A DNA stretch of 64,000 nucleotides, taken from IMG/VR virus record IMGVR_UViG_3300030101_003884. One strand, given 5' to 3'. Under the pieces are notes generated by a model, which searched no databases, had not been told where the DNA came from, and was given only the letters and a program-made list of their open reading frames with translations. The stretch comes from an uncultured virus (IMG/VR IMGVR_UViG_3300030101_003884) (lineage: Duplodnaviria > Heunggongvirae > Uroviricota > Caudoviricetes). Both the position numbers and the translations under genes were made by a program. Of this stretch, positions 16,137 to 23,936 are shown in pieces; within the stretch, counting starts at the first letter, position 1, and each line of letters begins with the position of its first letter.

Positions 16137-16567
16137 TAAATAAACCTACCCCTTTTGGCCTTAAATATACCACCTTTAGCTTTACGTCCAATTCTTTCTG
16201 ACAAAAACTTTCTTACTGATTGTGATATATCTTCCTGTATAGCCTGTCTTTGTTTTTTAGGTAGTGTAATCATCATAGATTTACCTTTTTTATCAGAGGC
16301 ATAAGCTTTACCAACAACATTTATTTTTGGGCCACCTCTTGGAAGACTTTTGGTTTTTGGAGCTGAAAGGTATGCAGCTTTGTCCATGAATTTAGTAGAT
16401 CTAACTTGTTTTTTAAAAGCACGTTTTTTTAAACCATATGGCTCAACTCCAGTTCCTCTAATTCCACGTTTGGCATCTTTTATAGCACGTCTGACTTGTG
16501 ACTTATGCTTTCTGTACATTTTACGGAATCCCTCTTTTACCGTATTAAATATTATTTTTTTCATCAT
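16136..16567 (-). CDS. Lys/Arg-rich protein (probable start 16567)
   Basis: MMKKIIFNTVKEGF...RKAKGGIFKAKRGRFI; the longer track ORF runs into the repeat array. Confidence 0.6.
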   Translation of the reverse strand: MMKKIIFNTVKEGFRKMYRKHKSQVRRAIKDAKRGIRGTGVEPYGLKKRAFKKQVRSTKFMDKAAYLSAPKTKSLPRGGPKINVVGKAYASDKKGKSMMITLPKKQRQAIQEDISQSVRKFLSERIGRKAKGGIFKAKRGRFI

Positions 16568-16641
16568 AATATTTTTACTATATAGATTTTTTAGACTAAT
16601 GACTATAACCCTACAACCAACTGTTTGCGTTCCCGCAAGAG

Positions 16642-16748
16642 TGGTGTATCCCAGATACACCATAGATACACCATAGATACACCATAAAAACACACTTAAA
16701 GTATTGATATATAAGCATTATTCTTCTTCGGATACACCAGATACACCA
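16642..16748. repeat. Iteron-like GATACACCA array (putative replication origin)
   Basis: Inverted copy 16642-16650; GATACACCATA x3 at 16654-16686; GATACACCA x2 at 16731-16748. Confidence 0.75.
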
Positions 16749-16979
16749 CTATTACCCCCTGAGCACTTTTTTATTTTAATTACTCTAGAATATCTATATA
16801 TAGAAAATTAATTGATCCGGTTTCCGGTGTCCATTAACCCTTATTTTCTTAGTTTTTTCCCATCACCATTAAAACAGGACACTTTAGATGAACTAGAACC
16901 GTTTGGTCAATTAAGTGCCACTTATGGCTAACTGAACATCGGCTAGCTTTAAATTAACCCCCTTAAAAAGGAGACTTAA

Positions 16980-17402
16980 ATGTCAATAATAGATAAAAAT
17001 AACAAACTTTCTCAGTGGGCTACTGAGGATTTAAGAAAAAAAGCAAATTCAGAATTTGATAGTATCATACTTCAAACTTTTTTGCGTATAGCTCATATAG
17101 CCAAAAAATATGCTCCAAAGCATTCAAGATACCTCTGTGCAGGTATTTTAACGGTAATTTATTGTATTTGGGTATGGATACCATTAAAACATAGATTTAT
17201 TCATTGGTGGAGCGTCTATGAGCTTCAAAAAGCTATAAAAAAATACTTAAAATTTGATATGTCAATTGATAATTTAGAACGTTATTGCACAAAACTATGT
17301 GATGGCCACTATTTATTAGTAAAAAGAGGAAAAAACTCCTGGTTGTATAAAGTTCGTCCAACTAAAAATCAAGATTATAATTTGACCTCACATATCAATT
17401 AG
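16980..17402 (+). CDS. Orphan membrane protein on opposite strand
   Basis: 140 aa; AAGGAG RBS; one hydrophobic segment (LCAGILTVIYCIWVWIPL). Confidence 0.55.
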   Translation: MSIIDKNNKLSQWATEDLRKKANSEFDSIILQTFLRIAHIAKKYAPKHSRYLCAGILTVIYCIWVWIPLKHRFIHWWSVYELQKAIKKYLKFDMSIDNLERYCTKLCDGHYLLVKRGKNSWLYKVRPTKNQDYNLTSHIN

Positions 17403-17410
17403 GATACTCT
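17382..17410 (+). promoter_or_regulatory. Putative sigma70 promoter with no downstream ORF
   Basis: TTGACC-N17-TACTCT. Confidence 0.5.
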
Positions 17411-17411
17411 T

Positions 17412-17490
17412 TTAATATGGATATTTTTTCCATGTTAATTTGTTACGCTCTTGGGACTACCTTTTTTGCTCTCTTGCTAGTCCCAGGAGT
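17412..17490 (+). ncRNA. Candidate small RNA B (two hairpins)
   Basis: 13-bp stem 17447-17459/17478-17490 with 2 G-U and an 18-nt C/U loop; upstream 10-bp stem 17412-17438. Confidence 0.5.
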
Positions 17491-17512
17491 AAAATTTGTT
17501 AGACCCCCATGA

Positions 17513-17953
17513 CTAAGCTAATCTTTTTTTATTTTCTTCATCAATTCTCTTTTTAATTTCTCTTCTCTCTTCCTTATTTTCAGCTTCACGGTACAATCTA
17601 TAAAGCTCTCTATAATTTAACCAATGATTCTGTAATTTAGTGAAATATATTTTTTTACATTTTACTAATTTTTTAAACTCGTCTCTAATCATATCAGGAT
17701 CCATATCAGCACCCCAACAAACGTCCTGGAAATCTTCAGAATTATCATAAAACCATTTATACGCATCTTCTTTCCAATAAGTTTCTTTTTTAAAACTAGA
17801 CGGATTCATGACATCTTCTAGCGCCTGGACAATAATTGCTTGAAAAAGTCTTTGTTCTGAAATTACTTTTGATTTAGTTAATTCCATGGCCAATTTAATG
17901 CCCAAAAGTTTCAACAAGCTTGGTGAGCAAGTCATAAAATTTAAGCACCTCAC
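17513..17953 (-). CDS. Conserved phage hypothetical protein (start uncertain)
   Basis: EQRLFQAIIVQALED...AYKWF...DFQDVC. Confidence 0.6.
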   Translation of the reverse strand: MRCLNFMTCSPSLLKLLGIKLAMELTKSKVISEQRLFQAIIVQALEDVMNPSSFKKETYWKEDAYKWFYDNSEDFQDVCWGADMDPDMIRDEFKKLVKCKKIYFTKLQNHWLNYRELYRLYREAENKEERREIKKRIDEENKKRLA

Positions 17954-18101
17954 GTTTTGGATAATTTAATTTTCGTGATTCTTTGTATTGCGAAAATATT
18001 AAATCAATAAAATCAGTTCTCTCCTGACCTTCCATCTCTGCCACATATGAAATAGTCTCAGTAGCTAATTTTTCTGAACGATCTGCCATCTGCATAACCA
18101 C
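17895..18101 (-). CDS. Hypothetical protein
   Basis: Helical ~65 aa ORF in operon. Confidence 0.5.
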   Translation of the reverse strand: MVMQMADRSEKLATETISYVAEMEGQERTDFIDLIFSQYKESRKLNYPKREVLKFYDLLTKLVETFGH

Positions 18102-18147
18102 GATGCGGGAAAAGATATGGATTGTGAAAAGGCACCGTGGTTACACA
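18091..18147 (-). ncRNA. Candidate anti-RBS hairpin RNA C
   Basis: 16-bp stem with 3 G-U on minus strand; 25-nt loop contains CAUAUCUUUUCC, complementary to the mRNA at 19868-19879. Confidence 0.5.
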
Positions 18148-18392
18148 TTTTTAACGACCAGCTTGAGCCCAGCAGCTTCTGCTGCTTTCTTCCTACCTGA
18201 CCGCCATCTAGCCTCGATTTTTTCGAGAAAAGAAAGACTAAAATTTCCTAAACCAAAGTCATTCCCACAATACAACTGAAACATCAAACTTGTTAACTCA
18301 TCATAAGTTTTTTTATTTGGACATACCATTACAAGTTTATCCAATGCTTGATTTAATGCTTCTTCACTGCTTTTTTTAACAGCTTTACCCAC
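18141..18392 (-). CDS. Hypothetical protein
   Basis: 83 aa; AAGGA RBS. Confidence 0.6.
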   Translation of the reverse strand: MGKAVKKSSEEALNQALDKLVMVCPNKKTYDELTSLMFQLYCGNDFGLGNFSLSFLEKIEARWRSGRKKAAEAAGLKLVVKNV

Positions 18393-18529
18393 AAAATATC
18401 CTTTTGTTAAAAGTTAATTTTATGATTCGTTGTTCGGTGAAAATAAAGTGTTTTGAAAGCCCCACTTGTTTCATTTAGGCTTAGGAATACGTTTCTATTT
18501 AATATTTGATTATAATTTGTATTGCAAGT

Positions 18530-18558
18530 AAAAAAAAGGCCCAGTCTCCCGGGCCTTT
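18530..18558 (-). terminator. Rho-independent terminator
   Basis: Minus strand AAAGGCCCGG-GAGA-CTGGGCC followed by T8. Confidence 0.8.
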
Positions 18559-18600
18559 CTTCGTCATCTCGGTTAAAGGTTAACCATCCAACCTCATAGA

Positions 18601-18816
18601 CTATTTACCATTAAGCAGCTTTTTGCCCTCTGATAGTAAATTCTGTTTCATGTTCTCATAAGATTTGCCTTCTTTTTTTGCAATCTTACGAATCTCATCA
18701 TCGACTAGCTTTGCAATCATGGATCCTGGTCGTCTGAACCCTTGTTTGCCCATTGCTCTTATGATGGTGTAGGACTCAATGTCCACAGCACATGACTTCC
18801 ACCTTTCTATATCCAT
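18601..18816 (-). CDS. Putative ribbon-helix-helix DNA-binding protein
   Basis: WKSCAVDIESYTIIRAMGK...RRPGSMIAKLVD strand-helix-helix pattern. Confidence 0.5.
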   Translation of the reverse strand: MDIERWKSCAVDIESYTIIRAMGKQGFRRPGSMIAKLVDDEIRKIAKKEGKSYENMKQNLLSEGKKLLNGK

Positions 18817-18827
18817 TGTCCTTACTC

Positions 18828-19616
18828 CTATATCTCTAGATACTCTTTGCTTTTATAAAATTCAACCAAATTAATTTTATTTTTTGGTGTGAGTCCCGCA
18901 TTATAAATACGTTCAATAATAGCCACATAATCAGCCGTAGAAGTTCCAGTTAAAAACCACGAAGATCTAGTCTTACAAGCTTTAAGAAAACGTGAGTGCT
19001 CAAATTTAGGATGTCTATGAGCCACAATGTATGAGCACACCATCGATCTTTTGAAACGTTTGTTTTTTTCTGACTCCATACCATAAAAGTATTTTTTCAG
19101 CTGCATCAATCTACCACCAATTTTATCACAGTGTTCAATACCACCTGCTGGAATTATAAACTGACCTGTTTTAAAATCTTGGCTTATTCTTGACCAGAGT
19201 GATGCTTGTTTTAATAAAAGGACTACAGCTTCAGCAACATTTATTCCATACTGAGCCATTTTGTTTCTACAAATTTTGTAGTCCATTTTATTTCTAGCAC
19301 AATGTTGATTTAAATAATCATTCATTGACCAGTTTTTACGACCTGTGTTTAATCTTGCAACATCAAGAATATCATCAGAGTCCATAATGATGTAAGGAAT
19401 CTTCAGGTCTAATTGTTTTCTTGCTTCCAAAGTATGTTGGCCATCGATGACTTCCATATTTTTATTTACACGAATTGGATCGTATAAATCTTTTTCAGCA
19501 ATTAGTTTTTTAAGCTGCAACACATGTGTAGGATCTACAGGTCTGTTGCCTCTAGTTTTTTTGAACCTCGTGTAATCCGTAGTTTCAAAAAATTTATTTT
19601 CTATTTTTTTATTCAT
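18828..19616 (-). CDS. ParB/Srx-like N-terminal domain protein
   Basis: GNRPV...PIRVNKNMEVIDGQHTLEA. Confidence 0.75.
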   Translation of the reverse strand: MNKKIENKFFETTDYTRFKKTRGNRPVDPTHVLQLKKLIAEKDLYDPIRVNKNMEVIDGQHTLEARKQLDLKIPYIIMDSDDILDVARLNTGRKNWSMNDYLNQHCARNKMDYKICRNKMAQYGINVAEAVVLLLKQASLWSRISQDFKTGQFIIPAGGIEHCDKIGGRLMQLKKYFYGMESEKNKRFKRSMVCSYIVAHRHPKFEHSRFLKACKTRSSWFLTGTSTADYVAIIERIYNAGLTPKNKINLVEFYKSKEYLEI

Positions 19617-19633
19617 TATCTTTTCCTCCTTGG

Positions 19634-19870
19634 TTATTTAACGAATATTTCTTTATCTTTTCTGCCTGGTATCCATGCTTTTACTAATGGTGCATCATCT
19701 AACCCATCCATACTGTCTATATAAACAGTAAGTGGACCTGCATGAGTTTTCATTTTAATGTAACAACATCCTTTTGATCTAATGTCAAAATGGATACCTT
19801 TTGCATATCTATCTTCAAACTTATATTTTTTTCTAATTTGAAGTTCTTCTTTGTCTCTATGTTTAGACAT
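19634..19870 (-). CDS. Hypothetical protein flanked by 20-bp direct repeats
   Basis: Start MSKHRDK after AGGAGG RBS. Confidence 0.6.
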   Translation of the reverse strand: MSKHRDKEELQIRKKYKFEDRYAKGIHFDIRSKGCCYIKMKTHAGPLTVYIDSMDGLDDAPLVKAWIPGRKDKEIFVK

Positions 19871-19886
19871 ATCTTTTCCTCCTTGG

Positions 19887-19997
19887 TTAAAAAAACATTG
19901 TATAGAATAATCCACCCATCATAAGTAAAAATACTTTAGGTGAAATTAACATTACAATTAATAAAAGAAAAAAGTATAAAACGTTTTTATTGTACAT
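19887..19997 (-). CDS. Hydrophobic 36-aa micropeptide (not in ORF track)
   Basis: MYNKNVLYFFLLLIVMLISPKVFLLMMGGLFYTMFF fills the gap between two genes. Confidence 0.55.
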   Translation of the reverse strand: MYNKNVLYFFLLLIVMLISPKVFLLMMGGLFYTMFF

Positions 19998-20286
19998 CTC
20001 GTACCCTCACAACTGCTTTTATATCTTCTTCATCTTGGATTGCTTGTATCTCTGACCATACTAAATCAGAAGCAACCCATTGATTTATTGGATACACAGG
20101 TGCAGCAAATTCAAATTCCAATCTTACAGTTGCTAACCGTTTGACTTGGTCTTTAAAATGTTGTTCTGTATTATCCATGCTTTTTCCATCAGCAGTTAAG
20201 TGCTGCGTCTTGGAAAGTATGTCGTCAAGTTTTTCAACAAACTCTCTAAACTCTGGTGATTTTGTTTTTAAATTAATTTTTGGCAT
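19987..20286 (-). CDS. Hypothetical protein
   Basis: 99 aa; GGGGGA RBS; overlaps previous stop. Confidence 0.6.
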   Translation of the reverse strand: MPKINLKTKSPEFREFVEKLDDILSKTQHLTADGKSMDNTEQHFKDQVKRLATVRLEFEFAAPVYPINQWVASDLVWSEIQAIQDEEDIKAVVRVRDVQ

Positions 20287-20557
20287 GTATCCCCCAAAGT
20301 TGAAATTTATTTATTACATGACTTAACATTTCGTGAAACTTTACTTTGCCATCTGTTGGATCATTAACTATAATTTTTTTATAGTAATCTCCATTAACAG
20401 AAAGTAAAAGCACACCAGTTTTTTCGCTGAATGAAACTGAAAATGAATGCTCAGCTTCAATAGATTTAGGTTTTATTTCCCATTCAGGTCTTAAAACCAA
20501 AGCCTCTCTCAGGTTTTCAGCCGCACCTGAAGTAGCTTCCTTTTTATCTTTAGACAT
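20273..20557 (-). CDS. Hypothetical protein
   Basis: Probable start MSKDKK after AGAGG RBS. Confidence 0.6.
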   Translation of the reverse strand: MSKDKKEATSGAAENLREALVLRPEWEIKPKSIEAEHSFSVSFSEKTGVLLLSVNGDYYKKIIVNDPTDGKVKFHEMLSHVINKFQLWGIHAKN

Positions 20558-20646
20558 GATAACCTCTTTGTTAATATTCATGAAAAGATATATAATTATT
20601 TTCATGGGATTTGCAAGTAAATAAAAAGATAGGATAATATAGGACT

Positions 20647-20877
20647 ATGAAGTATATTTTGATATTACACCTCTGCAGTATGATAACAAATACATGCATG
20701 GATCCCCATATTTCAGGTTATCAATTCACAAATCATTACGATTGTGCAATATCAGGTTATGCAGTATCACAAAAAACTCTTAAATTACTTGTAAAAGACG
20801 AGGAATTTGGACTTGATCGAATAAACAATGAAAAATTAGCCATTAGATTTGAGTGCAGACCCCTTGATGCTGCTTAG
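20647..20877 (+). CDS. Small Cys-containing, possibly exported protein
   Basis: Hydrophobic N-terminus, C-x5-C...C...FEC pattern. Confidence 0.6.
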   Translation: MKYILILHLCSMITNTCMDPHISGYQFTNHYDCAISGYAVSQKTLKLLVKDEEFGLDRINNEKLAIRFECRPLDAA

Positions 20878-20879
20878 TA

Positions 20880-20909
20880 TTGCAATACCATCGTATTTTG
20901 ATATATAAT
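20880..20909 (+). promoter_or_regulatory. Putative sigma70 promoter, probably leaderless transcript
   Basis: TTGCAA-N18-TATAAT; ATG only 5 nt downstream. Confidence 0.6.
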
Positions 20910-20914
20910 ATTAC

Positions 20915-21193
20915 ATGAAGCTATATCGCGTCCAAGCAAAATATAAAAACATATACATTAATGAGATGCTTGAGGCTGAGAACGATAAAGCCGTCCTTGA
21001 GAAGTTTTCAAAGAAGGTTGACTCAGGTGACGTAACAGAAAGAGAAGGTGCTGGGTTTGAAAATCCAGATATTCTTTTTTTAACCTTCGAGGAGGTTGAC
21101 CGAGATGCAACTACAAAAGTTAATATCGGAGAAACTTCAGTTGGAGTCTCAATGGGCCAGCAAAGCGTTGGAACAGGGAAGAGTAACTCCTGA
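20915..21193 (+). CDS. Hypothetical protein
   Basis: 92 aa ORF behind promoter. Confidence 0.55.
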   Translation: MKLYRVQAKYKNIYINEMLEAENDKAVLEKFSKKVDSGDVTEREGAGFENPDILFLTFEEVDRDATTKVNIGETSVGVSMGQQSVGTGKSNS

Positions 21194-21293
21194 CATGAAG
21201 TGGATTGATATAAAGATCAAAAATCTTAGAACTAAGATAAATGATCAAAGTGTTGAAGACGCTAAAAAAGGTCTTCTTGATATAGCTAGTTAA
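21096..21293 (+). CDS. Small coiled-coil protein
   Basis: GGAGG RBS; likely start MQLQKL. Confidence 0.55.
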   Translation: MTEMQLQKLISEKLQLESQWASKALEQGRVTPDMKWIDIKIKNLRTKINDQSVEDAKKGLLDIAS

Positions 21294-21471
21294 ACTAGTT
21301 TTAAAAAAATTCATTAAAATCTTAGGCTATTCTCGTCTCTAGTCAAAAAGCATTCAGTGTCGCAGCTAGAATTAAACCCCTGCTGAAGGTGATCGTTTAC
21401 TATTCAATAAAATAAAAAATCAAAAAATCGCTCATGGTATAATAGTAAAAATAAAATATAGGAGAGCAGAT

Positions 21472-21606
21472 ATGTTTGAATGGAAACACCCAAGTTACTA
21501 CGCAGAGTTAAGAAAGGAACTTAAAAAATTGCAAGAGTCCGAAAGCGATGCGGAGTCGGAGTGCAATGAGGACAAGGAATCCGATTTGAAGAACCAAGAA
21601 AAGTAG
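21472..21606 (+). CDS. Small acidic-tailed protein (44 aa, not in ORF track)
   Basis: TGGTATAAT extended -10 and AGGAG RBS; MFEWKHPSYYAELRKELKKLQESESDAESECNEDKESDLKNQEK. Confidence 0.6.
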   Translation: MFEWKHPSYYAELRKELKKLQESESDAESECNEDKESDLKNQEK

Positions 21607-21644
21607 AAATAATTTTAGAGCCCTTGCAAGTTTTGCAGGGGCTG

Positions 21645-23513
21645 CTATTCCTTAGCTTCTCCCCAGGATCGTCCGAGGGCAATATCAACTTTGGAAGGAA
21701 CTTTAAGTTTGTCGATTGCATTTTCCATTATCTCTTTTACGCCATTTATATCTTTTTCATTGTCTATTGAAAAACATAATTCATCATGTATTTGAAGTAA
21801 AGGTTTATACCCTGCCTTATAACATTGTATCATTGCTTCCTTAGTTTGATCAGCTGCAGATCCTTGAATTAATCTGTTTAAAGCTTTGTAAGTAAAAGCT
21901 CTTCTTATGTTATTTCCATAAATAGCCTTAGCCTCCTCGTATTGCATAGCTTTATTCATTCCGAAGGTTGCAGGCTCCCACATGTCAAATCGGCATTTAC
22001 GGCCCTTTATTGTTCGAATAAACCCGTATTTTGAAGCTGAGCTAGATACATCTGTAGCTAATTTTTTAACAAATGGAACTCTTTCACCATACTGTCTTAA
22101 TAGCGACTCAGCACGATCTTTTGAAATACCTAATTCTTTACCTAATTTATTTTTCCCCATGCCATAAAATAACCCAAGATTAATAGTTTTGGCTTGAGAT
22201 CTAGTTATTCCTGCCATATCAGCAACAATTTGATGAAAGTCTGCAGCTTCATTCTTGTAGGCTTCAATGAACTCTGCTGCACCTTCAAAATGGTCATGAA
22301 CAGATGCAGCATAGTGTGCAACAAGCCTAGGTTCTTGTTGTGAGTAATCAAAGCTACCCCATTGTCTACCTTCTTCAGGTAAAAACAAACTTCTAATTTT
22401 ATCTCCATATTCTTTGTTTCTTGCAGGAATCTGTTGCAAGTTAGGGTTTGAATATGATAAACGTCCTGACACAGTTCCACCTTGGTCAGATCTTAGTTGA
22501 TTTATTTCAGAATGTATTCTACCTTTGTGAACATAACGTTGAATGGAGTCTATAAATGTTGAGTGAAATTTATTTATTTCTCTTGCTTGTCTTATTAGTT
22601 GCGCTATCGGGTTATCACAGTTTACTAGCCAATTTTGCGTAAAACTTGGTTCGTCACTTTTCGGTGTCCGTGGGTAATCAACACCTATTCTGTCAAACAC
22701 TTGCGCTACAGATCTTGCTGCCCAAATATCAACATCTAAAGTAGTTTGTTTTTTTATTTCATGTAGGATAGATTTTTCTTTACTAACAAATTCTTTTTTT
22801 AAACCTGCTGCTTTTGCTTCATCTACTCTTATACCTCTCCTTCTTGTTTCAATAAGTATAGGTAACAACTCCATCTCCATCTCCCAAACATCATGAAGAC
22901 TTTGTTTTGAAATTTCTGTTTTAAATCTTTCCCATAATCTTAAAGTCAAACCTGCGTCTTGTTCAGCGTAAAAACCAACATACCCTGCAGGTAATCTCCA
23001 AAGGTCAGCTTTTGGGTCTATTCCCCACTCTTTTGCTTTTTCATTTAAAAACGTTTCATTTTTTATTTCTCCAAGATAATCTTTAGCACATGAGTTTAAA
23101 CTGAAGCTAAACCTGTTTTCATTAATTAAAGCCGCTGCGATCATAGTATCAACAATTTGTCCCCTAATCTCAAACCCATTTACTAGCAGCCAACCTACGT
23201 CATAACTTGCATTGTGAAAAATTTTAGTCGCTGGTGTTTTTAAAATATCTTGCATCCAAGCAGTGGTGATGGCCAGGTCCATGTTACCGCCAGCATCGTG
23301 CTGTATTGGGAAATACCATTGTTGACCAAAAGCAGCTACTGCAAAACCCACTATCCCACCATCAAAAGTTGCCCAACCAGCACCTCTAGTTTTTATGTTT
23401 GGATCTTTTGTTTCAAGGTCAATTGCAATTTCTTTGGCTTGAGATAGGTCTGGATATTCTGATGGACATATCCAATCACTATCATTATAAACAAAATTTA
23501 ATTGATGCGTCAT
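21645..23513 (-). CDS. polA: Family A DNA polymerase (3'-5' exonuclease plus polymerase), Leu762 type
   Basis: IDLET ExoI, FHNASYD, DYSQQEPR motif A, RSQAKTINLGLFYG motif B, QIHDE motif C. Confidence 0.95.
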   Translation of the reverse strand: MTHQLNFVYNDSDWICPSEYPDLSQAKEIAIDLETKDPNIKTRGAGWATFDGGIVGFAVAAFGQQWYFPIQHDAGGNMDLAITTAWMQDILKTPATKIFHNASYDVGWLLVNGFEIRGQIVDTMIAAALINENRFSFSLNSCAKDYLGEIKNETFLNEKAKEWGIDPKADLWRLPAGYVGFYAEQDAGLTLRLWERFKTEISKQSLHDVWEMEMELLPILIETRRRGIRVDEAKAAGLKKEFVSKEKSILHEIKKQTTLDVDIWAARSVAQVFDRIGVDYPRTPKSDEPSFTQNWLVNCDNPIAQLIRQAREINKFHSTFIDSIQRYVHKGRIHSEINQLRSDQGGTVSGRLSYSNPNLQQIPARNKEYGDKIRSLFLPEEGRQWGSFDYSQQEPRLVAHYAASVHDHFEGAAEFIEAYKNEAADFHQIVADMAGITRSQAKTINLGLFYGMGKNKLGKELGISKDRAESLLRQYGERVPFVKKLATDVSSSASKYGFIRTIKGRKCRFDMWEPATFGMNKAMQYEEAKAIYGNNIRRAFTYKALNRLIQGSAADQTKEAMIQCYKAGYKPLLQIHDELCFSIDNEKDINGVKEIMENAIDKLKVPSKVDIALGRSWGEAKE

Positions 23514-23689
23514 TAATTTTTTTTCCTATCTTTTTGTCCTTCTTTATTTAATCTATATAAACCAGAGTCAATTGGTATATTTATTTCAAGCATAAAACAG
23601 TCTGCACATTTATAAACTTTTTTATCTATTATCACCGCAAACCCTTCATCACATTGCTCACAAACTATTTTATCATTATTTTTTACCAT
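23513..23689 (-). CDS. Small zinc-ribbon protein (58 aa, not in ORF track)
   Basis: CEQC...CADC; TAATG-coupled to polA start. Confidence 0.55.
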   Translation of the reverse strand: MVKNNDKIVCEQCDEGFAVIIDKKVYKCADCFMLEINIPIDSGLYRLNKEGQKDRKKN

Positions 23690-23936
23690 TTTCTTTTAAA
23701 TGTTCTATTTCTAAATCACAATAATGTTTTATCTTTTGTAAATCTTCAATTGATTTTCCTTTAAACAAATATCTACATACATATTTTATCACATTAGCTT
23801 GAAATGGATTTAACCCATTCTTTCTAATAAATGTCCAGGGTTGAATGAGAAAATGTTTATAGTGACTCCCGCCTACCTGAGTGTCTTGTGGAAATGTTTC
23901 ATCAAACATATCTTTGTTTGTCATAATTAGCCTCAT
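23676..23936 (-). CDS. DUF3310-like (T7 gp1.7-like) protein
   Basis: QVGGSHY...QANVIKYVCRY..KG..EDLQKIKHY. Confidence 0.8.
   Translation of the reverse strand: MRLIMTNKDMFDETFPQDTQVGGSHYKHFLIQPWTFIRKNGLNPFQANVIKYVCRYLFKGKSIEDLQKIKHYCDLEIEHLKENGKK

Noticed and set aside
16568..16693. N-terminal extension of the 185-aa ORF
   Set aside because: Runs through the iteron array; paralogy with the next gene places the start at 16567
16642..16748. CRISPR array
   Set aside because: Repeats are 9-11 bp and directly tandem, with no unique spacers and no cas operon; the PD-(D/E)XK gene is a common stand-alone phage nuclease
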